Positions 26,774-35,813 of a stretch of 51,392 nt of DNA are shown here, piece after piece; within the stretch, counting starts at the first letter, position 1; every line of letters starts with the position of its first letter. The position numbers and the translations under genes are program-made. The notes under the pieces are model-generated. The model did no database searches. It saw nothing but the letters and a program-made list of their open reading frames with translations, and was not told where the DNA came from. Origin of the DNA: Candidatus Zipacnadia bacterium (GTDB lineage Bacteria; Armatimonadota; Zipacnadia; Zipacnadales; UBA5352); contig JALGTR010000012.1 of NCBI GenBank assembly GCA_029821265.1, forward strand, positions 1 through 51,392, written 5' to 3'.

Positions 26774-26851
26774 CACGAGGGCGACACCAGCCTCTGAAGG
26801 TGACCGGGGCCTTGAGGGGCCCCGTCGGGCGCGTCGGTTCCTCGCCGCGCC

Positions 26852-27208
26852 CTACTCGCGGCCGTCGATCAGATCGCCCAACGCGCGCAGAAGCTCGTCA
26901 GGACCGAAGGGCTTCCGCAGCAGGTGGGCATTCGTGACGGATAGCCCGTACTCACTCAGCGCCCTATCCGAACAACCTGTGATGAACATCACGGGCACCT
27001 GCGGGCAGATCCTCTCGGCATGGAGCGCGACATCCGCCCCGCTGAGATTCGGCATTACCACATCGGTGACGATCGTCGTCAGCTCGTCGCAGTGCAGCTC
27101 GGTCAGCGGCATGGCCTCCTCCGCCGTGCCCGTCTCGAGGACCCGGTACCCCGAGGCCTCGAGAACCTGCGTCACGAGATGGCGCACCGTCCCGTCATCG
27201 TCGGCCAC
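26852..27208 (-). CDS. response-regulator receiver domain (stand-alone as called; N-terminal beta-strand truncated)
   Basis: It is called from GTG 27208: (V)ADDDGTVRHLV...IVTDVVMPNLSG...LLRKPF. The acidic pocket, the phospho-acceptor D in TDVVMP and the conserved K are present. The upstream continuation of the frame (RERRLILV) overlaps the kinase stop. Confidence 0.8.
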   Translation of the reverse strand: MADDDGTVRHLVTQVLEASGYRVLETGTAEEAMPLTELHCDELTTIVTDVVMPNLSGADVALHAERICPQVPVMFITGCSDRALSEYGLSVTNAHLLRKPFGPDELLRALGDLIDGRE

Positions 27209-27213
27209 GAGGA

Positions 27214-28878
27214 TCAGGCGCCGCTCGCGCCCCCCTCACCGCCGACTTCACATCCGGAGTCCTGCTCCTTGCCGCAGTCGCAGTCAGCGGCGGGAAGGTA
27301 GGTGCAAAAGCACGTGCCCTCCCCCGGCTCGCTGGTCACGTCGATCCGGCCGCCGTAGCTATCGACGATGTTGTAGACCGTGGCCAGGCCCAGCCCGGTG
27401 CCGCGGTCGGCGGACTTTGTGGTGAAAAAGGGCTCGAAGATATGCGGCAGATGGGCCTGGTCGATGCCCATGCCCGTGTCCTCGACCGTCAGGACCACGT
27501 AACGCCCCGGCTCAACGGTCGGCGGCACTGCCTCTGAGGGTGCCACGACCTCGCGCGTCGTCAGCGACACACGTCCACCGGCGGGCATGGCGTCGCGCGC
27601 GTTCACCACCAGGTTCATGATCACCTGATCCATCTGGGACGGATCGACCAGGATCGCGCCGTCTCCGTTCAGTTCGACCTCAAGCGCTATACTCTCGGGC
27701 AGCGTCCGGCGGAGCATCGGCTCAAGCTCGCTCACGAGCTTGTTAATCCTGACAAGCGTCCGCGTGCCGCCCTGGGGGCGGCTGAAAGTCAGAAGCTGGC
27801 GCGTAAGCTGCGCCGCCCGGCGCGTGGCGGCCATCGCCTCGGCAATGTACTCCCGGGTCTCATCCTTCGGGTCACTGCACATTCCCGCCAGCTCGAGATT
27901 GCCCGCGATCGCCGTGAGCATATTGTTGAAGTCGTGGGCGACCCCGCTCGCCAGCTTACCCAGAGCCTGCATCTTCTGCGACTGCCGCAACCTCTCCTCG
28001 AGGCGCTTGCGCTCGGTCACATCAACCGCCCACACCACCACAGCCGAGAGGTCCTCCTCGTGCCCGGGCATCACCTGCAGGCGCACGTCGACCTCGCGCA
28101 GATCGCCGCTCAATGTCTCGATCTGGCCCGAGAAGTCGATAACCGTCTCTCCCGCCGCCAGTCGCGCCAGCAGCTCAGGAATGATGTCCGACATCGTGCG
28201 GGACACCAGATCGGGGAGGGCGCGCTTCAGATCAGAGATATCATCCGCGCCGAAGCGTTCGGCCACGGACTCATTAACGTCAACAACCTCCATCGACTGC
28301 ACCGCACGCTCCACCAGATCAGGGCGCTCGCGGAAGAAGGCCAGATAGTCGCTCACGCCCTCCTCCCACGCGACCTCCAGAACCTCTCGCACCCCCGAGA
28401 GATCGTGCAGCCACACGCCGATCGGCGCTCTGTCTAAGATCCCGCGGTAGTGCTCCCAGCTTCGCCGAAGCCTCATCTGCGAGGTCTTAAGCTGCGTGAT
28501 ATCGGCGAAAGTGACAACCGCGCCCGCAATCTGCCCCGAATCAGCGTCGTGCATTGGCTCGGCGTTGACAAGCAGCCAGCGGATCTCGCCCGTCGAGGGC
28601 TGACGAACCCCCATCACAACGTCGCGCACCGGCTTGTTGGTTCGCAAAGCGACGCTGGCGGGATGCTCCTCCCCGGGGAACGGCGAACCGTCCTCGCACA
28701 CGCACTCCCAGATGCGATCGGTGCTGAGGCGCCCGGAGGCGTCCTCGGCCGAGATCCCCAGAATCTCCTCAGCCGCGCGGTTCACCTCGACTATGACGCC
28801 CTCGGCGTCATGAACGACAACGCCCTGGGACACGGCCTCGAACAACGCACGGTAACGCTCGCGGTCAAATGGCGACAT
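27214..28878 (-). CDS. cytoplasmic PAS-domain sensor histidine kinase
   Basis: 554 aa with GGAGAGAGG upstream. Two PAS-like segments precede the H-box [19 protein letters not shown], followed by N/G boxes (VNARDAM..., DTGMGI..., GTGLGLATV). Confidence 0.9.
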   Translation of the reverse strand: MSPFDRERYRALFEAVSQGVVVHDAEGVIVEVNRAAEEILGISAEDASGRLSTDRIWECVCEDGSPFPGEEHPASVALRTNKPVRDVVMGVRQPSTGEIRWLLVNAEPMHDADSGQIAGAVVTFADITQLKTSQMRLRRSWEHYRGILDRAPIGVWLHDLSGVREVLEVAWEEGVSDYLAFFRERPDLVERAVQSMEVVDVNESVAERFGADDISDLKRALPDLVSRTMSDIIPELLARLAAGETVIDFSGQIETLSGDLREVDVRLQVMPGHEEDLSAVVVWAVDVTERKRLEERLRQSQKMQALGKLASGVAHDFNNMLTAIAGNLELAGMCSDPKDETREYIAEAMAATRRAAQLTRQLLTFSRPQGGTRTLVRINKLVSELEPMLRRTLPESIALEVELNGDGAILVDPSQMDQVIMNLVVNARDAMPAGGRVSLTTREVVAPSEAVPPTVEPGRYVVLTVEDTGMGIDQAHLPHIFEPFFTTKSADRGTGLGLATVYNIVDSYGGRIDVTSEPGEGTCFCTYLPAADCDCGKEQDSGCEVGGEGGASGA

Positions 28879-29367
28879 GCAAGCCTCTCTCCGGCCGGTG
28901 CACCACGTGGATCTGTCACAGGGCGCACCGGCCCAGGGGCGTCCTGCCTCACATCGGCCCCAGTGCGAAAGTGTTCAAGATTGTATACGGTAGTGCAGCG
29001 CGTGGCAAGCGCCGCATCGGGAACTCCTGCCCGCATCCTCGCAAGCCCGCGGGAAGCCGTCGCCCCCATCTCGCGGCGCCCTGGCAATCGTCGAGCGCGG
29101 GCGCTCTCGCCCGCGAGCCGTGGCCACAGAGCCACCCCCCCGGTCCCGGATGGCTGTGCCCGCGCCTCGCCGACACTTCGCGTTAAGTCCCGCCCGCGCC
29201 GAACGGCCACGGCGGCCGCCCGATGCACAGGGTTCCACCCTCGCTCATGCTCGAGCCCGATGACCGCCCCGCCGCCAAGGTGCCCGTCTCAGCGCAGGCG
29301 AATACCGGGCCAGGGCGAGCACCAGATCCTATCACCTGAATGTGGCCGGACGAGATGGAGGTCCATC

Positions 29368-30507
29368 ATGGGCGCTGAGATGACCGGACGCGAACGAATC
29401 CTGACCGCAATCCGACACGAAGAGCCCGATCGCGTGCCGATCTCGCCCCGCTACTCCGCATGGTTCATCGCCGAATACGATGACATCAGCCTCGAGAACC
29501 AGCTCCGCCAGCTCCCCGATGTGGACTTCATGCACATCATCGGTGAGCCGACGCGCAACTATATCTACACCTGCCCCGAGAACTACGAGCTGCCCGACGT
29601 CGAGGTCCGGCAGAAGCGCTTCCCGGACGGCGACTGCGAGATCGTCGAACGCACCTTCCACACGCCCGCAGGCGAGATCTCTGACGTCACGCGCATACCT
29701 CCGGCCGGCCGCGAGTACGGTGTCTCGCCGAACCCGGTGAAGATCGAGCACCTCGTCAAGTCGCGCGACGACCTCCCCGCCCTGCGACACATCCTTCCGC
29801 CCGTCGGCGACGATTACAGCTCCCTCCACCGCGCACAGGAGATCATCGGCGACCGCGGGGTCGTCATGCCCTGCATCCGCAGCGGCCTCGACCACCAGGC
29901 CGGCGATGCGCGTGGTATGGAGAACCTCATGATCGACTACTATACCGACCGCGAGCTGTTCGACGAGGTCATCGACATCTTCCACCAGCGCTCCCTGCAG
30001 GCCATCTCGAACGCGCTCGAATCGGGCATCGAGTTCATCTTCGGCTCGTGGTACTACAACTCGCTCTCCTCAGGGTGGTCGCCGGCGATCTTCGAGGAGG
30101 TCTTCGTGCCCCAGATCCGCGAGCACGTCGAACTGACGCACTCCTTCGGCGCGATCTACGACTACTACGACGACGGAAAGCTGGCAAAGAGCTACACGAT
30201 GATCGCCGGCTGCGGCGTGAACGTGCTCGAAACCTGCACCCCACCCCCGGTCGGCGATTTCGACCTCGCCGAGGCCAAGCAGACCGTCGGCGACGAGGTG
30301 ACGCTTAAGGGCTACGTCGACCTGCTCTACGTCATCAAGCACGGAACCCCCCAGTTGGTCGAGCAGACCGTGCGTGAGGCCATGGAGATCGCGAAGCCCG
30401 GCGGCGGCTTCATCATCGGCTCATCAGACAGCTTCCGCGAGGGCACTCCGCGCGAAAACATCGAGACCTACTTCCGCGCCTGCAAGCACTACGGCCAGTA
30501 CGGCTAA
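29368..30507 (+). CDS. uroporphyrinogen decarboxylase (URO-D) family protein, second paralog
   Basis: ATG 29368 with GGAGG 6 nt upstream, inside track ORF 28450-30507. 379 aa, collinear with the 23570 gene (…EPDRVPI…, …CTPPPVGDFDLAEAKQTVGDEVTLKGYV…, …GGGFIIGSSD). Confidence 0.75.
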   Translation: MGAEMTGRERILTAIRHEEPDRVPISPRYSAWFIAEYDDISLENQLRQLPDVDFMHIIGEPTRNYIYTCPENYELPDVEVRQKRFPDGDCEIVERTFHTPAGEISDVTRIPPAGREYGVSPNPVKIEHLVKSRDDLPALRHILPPVGDDYSSLHRAQEIIGDRGVVMPCIRSGLDHQAGDARGMENLMIDYYTDRELFDEVIDIFHQRSLQAISNALESGIEFIFGSWYYNSLSSGWSPAIFEEVFVPQIREHVELTHSFGAIYDYYDDGKLAKSYTMIAGCGVNVLETCTPPPVGDFDLAEAKQTVGDEVTLKGYVDLLYVIKHGTPQLVEQTVREAMEIAKPGGGFIIGSSDSFREGTPRENIETYFRACKHYGQYG

Positions 30508-30514
30508 TGCCGCG

Positions 30515-30804
30515 TCAGTCCTCGGGCCATTCAAGCATTACAGCCAGCGAGCTGCCACGCTCGCCGACGGCGATCGGATATGCCTCGGACGCGTCGGCTG
30601 TCGGCAATCTCTGGATGATCACCTCCTCGAGCGCGTGGCCGCCTCGTCGCTCACCCCATCGGGGATCGGCCACAGCGTGGGTGTTGATTCTCCGACAGAG
30701 GTGCGCAGGCGGTGGGGCAGCGCCGACGCCACGTGATCCCCGACCTGCGACCGGGTGACACTCTCACCCACTGCCTCGATGACGCCCGCGTTCGAGTACC
30801 CCGG
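30515..30804 (-). pseudogene. remnant of a medium-chain (zinc-type) dehydrogenase/quinone oxidoreductase gene
   Basis: Frame A gives PGYSNAGVIEAVGESVTRSQVGDHV...LWPIPDGVSDEAA (MDR N-terminal signature), then TGA. A second frame from ~30631 gives LEEVIIQRLPTADASEAYPIAVGERGSSLAVMLEWPED-stop (MDR C-terminus). About 200 central codons and the first ~30 are missing. Confidence 0.6.
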
Positions 30805-32072
30805 CGTCGCAATTGCGCGCCGCGCCTCCGCCGGGCAACGATCGCCGCGATCCCCAGCGCGAGCATGGCCATCGTCGCCGGCTCGGGGGTGTGCGAATAC
30901 TTCGTGGCCAGCCAGTACTCGCCGATATCGCCCTGTCCGCCGTACGCCACCGCGAGGTCCCAATAGCCCGACTGGTCGACCTCCCACCACAGGGCGCTGG
31001 TCAGCGTCGAACCAAACGGGTTGTTCGAGGCCATGCGCAGGTTTCCGGACGGATCATACAGCTTCAGATAGGTGTCCACCGACAGCGCGTAGCCCTCGTT
31101 GTCCTGCGTCATCGCGATGAAGCGGTTGCCCTTGTCCAGCCATATGCGGTACCAGTCCTGGTCGCCCTCGCTCTCGAGCGTCGCGTAAATCGTCTCCATA
31201 TCGTTGTCGATCAGCTCGGCCATGTCCACGGTGTCGCCGAAGTCGGATTCCTCGACGCGCAGCCCGTCGGTGTCGGGCTCGAAGTAGATCGCGTTGTCCA
31301 CGAAGTAGCCGTCCCCCAGCGACTGCCCCGCCGTCGCCTGCTCCCAGCGCCACCACTCCTGCCCGTCGCGCATCATCGCCTCGATCCCGTAGTGCTCCTC
31401 GGTGGAGCCAACCCCGTTCTGCCAGGTGTCGCGCACCGAGTACCACTGGTTGCCCTTCTCGTCCTCCCACCAGCCGTAGGCGAGCACCGAGTGGCCTGCG
31501 CCCTGCGCGAGACTGACGTTGAGCAGCACCGGGCGACCCTCCTCGATCTCCCTGCGCAGGTCGTTGAAGGTGAATGCCCCGGCGTTGAGGACGTCGCTCC
31601 ACGAGCCGCGGCCGACGGGATGAAACAGCGAGTGGAAGGCGTAGGACTCGTTCAGCCCCGTCGCGGGGTCGTCCCATGCCGCCATGCGACGCAGACCGGT
31701 GGCCACGTTCCACGCGTGGCTGCCACCGGTGTCCGGGTCGGTGTGCATGAAGCAGGCCATGCTGTTCGGCGCGCCCGCATGCGTGCACTCGTTGGATGCA
31801 TACGAGCCGGAGACGTGCTCGCTCGACGCAATGTACTCAAAGATCGTCTCCACCACGCCGTCCGAGTGCGTGGCCGTCAGCGGACAGGTGCCCTCGAAGA
31901 GGTTCGCGTACTCGTCCTGCCGGTCGTAGTACCCCAGCAGAGTCGCGCCCGCGGTCGGGCTGCATCCGTTGTACCATTGATAGTCGGGGACCCCGTCAAG
32001 CCAGATGGGGCTGTCTGCCGCCACGGGAAGGGCGCAGCAGAGTGCGAGGGTTGCCAGCCAGGCGGTTCGCAT
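30651..32072 (-). CDS. exported papain-fold (C39/C10-like) cysteine peptidase with PPC domain and PEP-CTERM anchor
   Basis: The track ORF starts at TTG 32093. ATG 32072 gives MRTAWLATLALCCALPVAA, a signal peptide. Putative catalytic Cys in QWYNGCSPTAGATLL and His in GAGHSVLAYGW. A pre-peptidase C-terminal-like domain follows (DQDWYRIWL...YLKLYDPSGN). Then comes PEPATMAMLALGIAAIVARRRR (30822-30887), followed by 56 extra Arg-rich codons. Confidence 0.75.
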   Translation of the reverse strand: MRTAWLATLALCCALPVAADSPIWLDGVPDYQWYNGCSPTAGATLLGYYDRQDEYANLFEGTCPLTATHSDGVVETIFEYIASSEHVSGSYASNECTHAGAPNSMACFMHTDPDTGGSHAWNVATGLRRMAAWDDPATGLNESYAFHSLFHPVGRGSWSDVLNAGAFTFNDLRREIEEGRPVLLNVSLAQGAGHSVLAYGWWEDEKGNQWYSVRDTWQNGVGSTEEHYGIEAMMRDGQEWWRWEQATAGQSLGDGYFVDNAIYFEPDTDGLRVEESDFGDTVDMAELIDNDMETIYATLESEGDQDWYRIWLDKGNRFIAMTQDNEGYALSVDTYLKLYDPSGNLRMASNNPFGSTLTSALWWEVDQSGYWDLAVAYGGQGDIGEYWLATKYSHTPEPATMAMLALGIAAIVARRRRGAQLRRRGTRTRASSRQWVRVSPGRRSGITWRRRCPTACAPLSENQHPRCGRSPMG

Positions 32073-32122
32073 CTTCGTTCCCCAGTGCCTCAATATTCTG
32101 ATTTTTCAGTGACGCACCTCTC

Positions 32123-32151
32123 AGTATACTCAAGCCGCCCGGCTGTGTAAA
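32123..32151 (-). promoter_or_regulatory. sigma70-like promoter for the PEP-CTERM peptidase gene
   Basis: On the minus strand: TTTACA (32151-32146), a 17-nt spacer, then TATACT (32128-32123), about 50 nt upstream of ATG 32072. Confidence 0.45.
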
Positions 32152-32350
32152 CGATTTGCGGAGATTATTTTGCAGTAGGCTCTGCATACGCTCAAGAATT
32201 GCGCAGCGATGGGGACGATACGACCCCCGACGCGTAGTCGTTCCGCTCCTCACAGAACACCTGCGTCGGCAGGTCGATGGGGTGCAGCGGGGGCAGAAAA
32301 CAGGGTGTCAGGCGGCGCCCTCAACGGAGCCGTCGCGCAGCAGCGACGCG

Positions 32351-33361
32351 CTACCAGATGGTGCGCTCCTCCCAGTCCTCGAAGAAGCTCTTGCCGCGTG
32401 GGCGATCGCGAGGGATCCTCGGAGCATACTCGACCTTCGAGAGCCATCCGATGTGCGGGGACGCAAGCTGCATCGAGACCATGCGCAACTCCCCTGGCGC
32501 GAGATCCACGAAGACCACCGGACGGTTCAGCTTGATCGCGTCCTCGCTGAAGCGGAAGACCGGCCGATAGCCGCGCCGTACTCCCGAGGGCCCGATCGAG
32601 ACGGTGTGCACGTCCAGTGGCGGCGTCCGCACCTCCAGCGCGATCCGCGCCTGCGCGCCGGTGTTGTTCCATAGCGCGATCATGCCCTCATCACCGCGCA
32701 TGAATGGTCGGAAGCCAATCTCCGCGTCGGGCGAGGAGCCGACCTCATCACTCTGTGACAGGATGGCGAGCGGAACCGCTGCCGCGAGCTCGCGTGCCAT
32801 CTCCGCGAACGCGCGTGCCACAATCCTCCGCGGGTTGCCCGCATCGTCGAACAGCGCCCATCCCGTCGCGCCGGGCGGGCAGTCCTCGGGCCTCGCCAGC
32901 ACCGTCATCCCGGTCGCCCCCTGCCACGCGCAGATGACCATCGTGCGTGCAAGGGCCACCGCGTCAAGTGCCTCGGAGCCACTGCTCTCGGCCGCGAGGT
33001 CGGCAAAGAACATCGGCGTCCGGACCTGCTGCCGGATCGCGCCTACAACGCCGTCGATCTCCAGCGAGCGGGCCAGCGCGGTCCATGCCGGCTGAGGGAC
33101 CTGCGCGCCTGTGCGCCCTATCGTGACCTCGCCGACACCCCGCGAGGAGACGGGCGGCAGACGCAGCGACGGCGCAGCGTGCGCGGATCCGGCAAGCTCG
33201 CAGGCCATCGCGATCGCATCATCCGTCGCAGTCGGTGGCCGGCCTGACAGGTCGATCGGCGGGGTCAGCGGAAGCCCGTCCACCCCAAGCGCCTCGGCCA
33301 GCTCGAGTGTCGCCTCCACCGGCAGGTCGGGGCCGGCCTCGCCGCGACGGTGATGAATCAT
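32351..33361 (-). CDS. hypothetical protein (336 aa), translationally coupled to the upstream gene
   Basis: ATG 33361 overlaps the upstream TGA (ATGA at 33361-33358). I recognise no motifs. The C-terminal third (ALWNNTGAQARIALEVRTPPLDVHTV...VDLAPGELRMVSMQL) looks like a beta-sandwich. The + strand ORFs here are junk. Confidence 0.55.
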   Translation of the reverse strand: MIHHRRGEAGPDLPVEATLELAEALGVDGLPLTPPIDLSGRPPTATDDAIAMACELAGSAHAAPSLRLPPVSSRGVGEVTIGRTGAQVPQPAWTALARSLEIDGVVGAIRQQVRTPMFFADLAAESSGSEALDAVALARTMVICAWQGATGMTVLARPEDCPPGATGWALFDDAGNPRRIVARAFAEMARELAAAVPLAILSQSDEVGSSPDAEIGFRPFMRGDEGMIALWNNTGAQARIALEVRTPPLDVHTVSIGPSGVRRGYRPVFRFSEDAIKLNRPVVFVDLAPGELRMVSMQLASPHIGWLSKVEYAPRIPRDRPRGKSFFEDWEERTIW

Positions 33362-34407
33362 CGCGAACCCGCCGCGCCCGGGTCGAGCAGCAAAAGCCGC
33401 GTCAGGCCCGCCGGCCCCGCGCTCCCGGGGGGAGCCGCTACCATCTGCAGCGCGTCGGGCAGATCCCCGGGCAGCTCCCCGCCCGTGCTCACCCCGATCG
33501 CCGGGAAGCCCTCCGCGACGGTCACCTCAACAGGCGCCGAACGCCGGTCGCCGCTGCTCTCGAAGTGCACGGCGACGGTGAATGTGCCGGTGCGGAAGCA
33601 TTGCAGCGATGCATCGAAGATTGTGGTCGATCCGCCGGGAATCGGCACGGTCCGGTCGGGCACGAAGAACCCCGGTGGCGCGCTGACGCTGACCGTCAGC
33701 TCCCGGTCCTGCACCGAGCGGTTGTCCACCGTCAACCGAAGAGCCCCGCGCAGGCCGCGTCCGGTCTCCACCTCCGGAGAGAGCGTCACCGCGAGGCTCC
33801 CGACATCCACGATGAGCTGCCGCGCGGTCCCGATCTCCCGTTCGCGCGCGTCCATGAGGCCGTCAGGCCGCCAGCCTTCGTCAGGGTGGCCACCGAGCGT
33901 CGGCTCAGGATCGATCGCCAGCGTCTGAGGCTCGGCGGTCTCGGCGGAGATCGCATCGATCATCCATCGGCCACCGCCCTCCGCCCCGACCGCCAGGCGC
34001 GCCGGACCGCCCCGCGAATACAGCTCCACGCGCACCGGCTGCCAGCCCCCGCCCAGCGCCTTGCCGGTCAGTGCCGCCTCTGCGGCCGGCTCCTCGCCAT
34101 CGGGCGTGAGCGCCAGCATCAGCCTGCCGGGAGTGCGCGGCCCGTCCACCGCCCGGGCGCGCAGGTCGATCGCGATCCATCCCGCGGGCAGCTCGGCGAC
34201 CTGCGACAGCGCCCAGCCGTCCTCGATCTGCAGCGCCGAGCGCCCCCGGGCCCCGCCATCCTCGATCGTCGCCTCCGCGCCATCGAGCGACCAGCCATTC
34301 GCCCCATCCTCGAAACTCGCGTTGGCGGGGAACCCCTCGATCGGCTCGGCTCCAAGTGGCAGTGCAACCATCAGCGCACATGCGGCAGCAATCACTACGC
34401 GCGTCAT
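33358..34407 (-). CDS. hypothetical exported protein (349 aa) with CBM-like and CARDB/Ig-like segments
   Basis: It has a signal peptide (MTRVVIAAACALMVALPLGA). FPANASFEDGANGWSLDGAEA is reminiscent of CBM4/9-like modules. LRLTVDNRSVQDRELTVSVSAPPGFFVPDRTVPIPGGSTTIFDASL resembles CARDB-type Ig folds. The start is 9 nt after the gspF-like stop, with GAGGTGGGA upstream. Confidence 0.6.
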   Translation of the reverse strand: MTRVVIAAACALMVALPLGAEPIEGFPANASFEDGANGWSLDGAEATIEDGGARGRSALQIEDGWALSQVAELPAGWIAIDLRARAVDGPRTPGRLMLALTPDGEEPAAEAALTGKALGGGWQPVRVELYSRGGPARLAVGAEGGGRWMIDAISAETAEPQTLAIDPEPTLGGHPDEGWRPDGLMDAREREIGTARQLIVDVGSLAVTLSPEVETGRGLRGALRLTVDNRSVQDRELTVSVSAPPGFFVPDRTVPIPGGSTTIFDASLQCFRTGTFTVAVHFESSGDRRSAPVEVTVAEGFPAIGVSTGGELPGDLPDALQMVAAPPGSAGPAGLTRLLLLDPGAAGSR

Positions 34408-34416
34408 CGTCCCACC

Positions 34417-35583
34417 TCAGACTCCGGCGCGCTCGAAGAGCGCCTCGTAGAAGTTTCGCCACGCGATCGCCAGCGCCACGAGCGTCACGATGCCCGCCAG
34501 CACCAGCGCACCCCCCGAAAACCCCGCCACGACCGTCCCAAGCGCCGCGTCACGCCGCTCCTCGGCCCATGCGCGGGCGGCCGACAGCACGCGCTCGAGG
34601 TCGCCAGAGCGTTCGGCTCCGGCCAGCATCTCGCGCACCCGCCGGGGCAGCATCTCCATCTCGGACGTGGCCTGACCCAGGCTCTCACCGCGACGGACCC
34701 GCTCGGATGCTCGCGTCGCGCCCCGCCGCATCACCGGATGCCCGGACGCCTCACCGGCCATCTGCAGCCCGCGGTCGAGCGTCACCCCCGCCTGCTGGGA
34801 CAGCTCCAGCGTATCGAGTGTTCGCGCAATCATCGCCCAGCGCGCCGCCGAGCCGACCACCGGAAGCCCACAACTGATCCGCGCGTACAAATCCCGCAGC
34901 GCCGGCGTGCGTAGCGCCCCTCGGATCAGCCACACTACCAAGAATGCCACCAGAATCCCCGGAAGCAGCCTCGTCGCCGCAAGCCGCGCGTACCAACCGA
35001 AGCCCCGCGCAACCATCAGCGGGAAGGGCGCCACCAGCGCCGCAAGCACCAGCGTCGCGCCGTAATACCACCGTACCCAGCGCAGGCGGCCCTCAATTAT
35101 CGCCTCGCTCTCAAACTGCTCCGCCAGGCCCTGCAGCGCTTGCGGAAGGCCACCGAACTGCTCCCCCGCGCGCACGACGTTCACCGCATACTCCGGAAAG
35201 AGCGCCGGATAGCGCACGAGCTGATCGGCGATCGCCTCGCCCTCCGCGAGACGCGCTGCCATCTCGTCGGCTGCACGCCCCAGCCGCCCGTCGCTGATCA
35301 GCCCCGACAGCTCGCGCATCGCATCGTGGGCGGTCACGCCGCTGCGCAGCAGGCTCGCAAGCTGCAGGAAAAACTGCGAAAGCCGTGCGGGAGGGACCGG
35401 CGAGAGATACGCCTGCAGGCCGCTGGCCCACCCCGCCGGGCGCGGATGGTCCTCCGTCAGCCGAACCGGGAAGAGGTCGCGCTCACGCAGCGACCTCGCC
35501 GCCGACGCACGATCGTCCGCCTCGATCCGCCCCGAGCGGAGCACCCCGTCCCGGTCACGCGCTTGATACTGAAATCGCGCCAT
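34417..35583 (-). CDS. type II secretion / type IV pilus platform protein (GspF/PilC family)
   Basis: ATG 35583 (GGAGG 8 nt upstream) gives MARFQYQARDRDGVLRSGRIEADDRASAARSLRERDLFPVRL, the typical GspF/PilC N-terminus. Two T2SSF repeats follow (…YPALFPEYAVNVVRAGEQFGGLPQALQGLAEQFE… and …MLPRRVREMLAGAERSGDLERVL…) with 3-4 TM helices. Confidence 0.85.
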   Translation of the reverse strand: MARFQYQARDRDGVLRSGRIEADDRASAARSLRERDLFPVRLTEDHPRPAGWASGLQAYLSPVPPARLSQFFLQLASLLRSGVTAHDAMRELSGLISDGRLGRAADEMAARLAEGEAIADQLVRYPALFPEYAVNVVRAGEQFGGLPQALQGLAEQFESEAIIEGRLRWVRWYYGATLVLAALVAPFPLMVARGFGWYARLAATRLLPGILVAFLVVWLIRGALRTPALRDLYARISCGLPVVGSAARWAMIARTLDTLELSQQAGVTLDRGLQMAGEASGHPVMRRGATRASERVRRGESLGQATSEMEMLPRRVREMLAGAERSGDLERVLSAARAWAEERRDAALGTVVAGFSGGALVLAGIVTLVALAIAWRNFYEALFERAGV

Positions 35584-35813
35584 CACCAGCGCCTCCATCG
35601 GCATGCGCTCGACGACTTATTGTACCCCGCAACCGTCCGCAGTTCAATGTCGGCACTGCCGTTCGCACCAGACCGGACCCCGGGCCTGACTGCAAGCCGT
35701 GTCGTCGCAGGCTCCGTGCGCGTCGCCGGCAGGAGAGTCCGTCGCCGGCCCGAAGACTTAGGTACCACCACGGGAGGTGGGTCGACGCACATCGCTTGAG
35801 GAGGGGTCGGATC

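Noticed and set aside
28879-29367. 490-nt GC-rich gap upstream of the second URO-D paralog, examined for a cobalamin riboswitch, other ncRNA or gene remnant
   Set aside because: It contains local hairpins (for example CGCGGGCG-CTCT-CGCCCGCG). There is no B12-box or GGUG..AAUCC core, no T-loop-like element and no protein-like translation in any frame.
33358-33361. Possibility that the 349-aa and 336-aa genes are one frameshifted gene
   Set aside because: The junction is a clean ATGA stop/start overlap, the usual translational-coupling arrangement, with no homopolymer. It cannot be excluded without homolog comparison, so I kept them as two genes.
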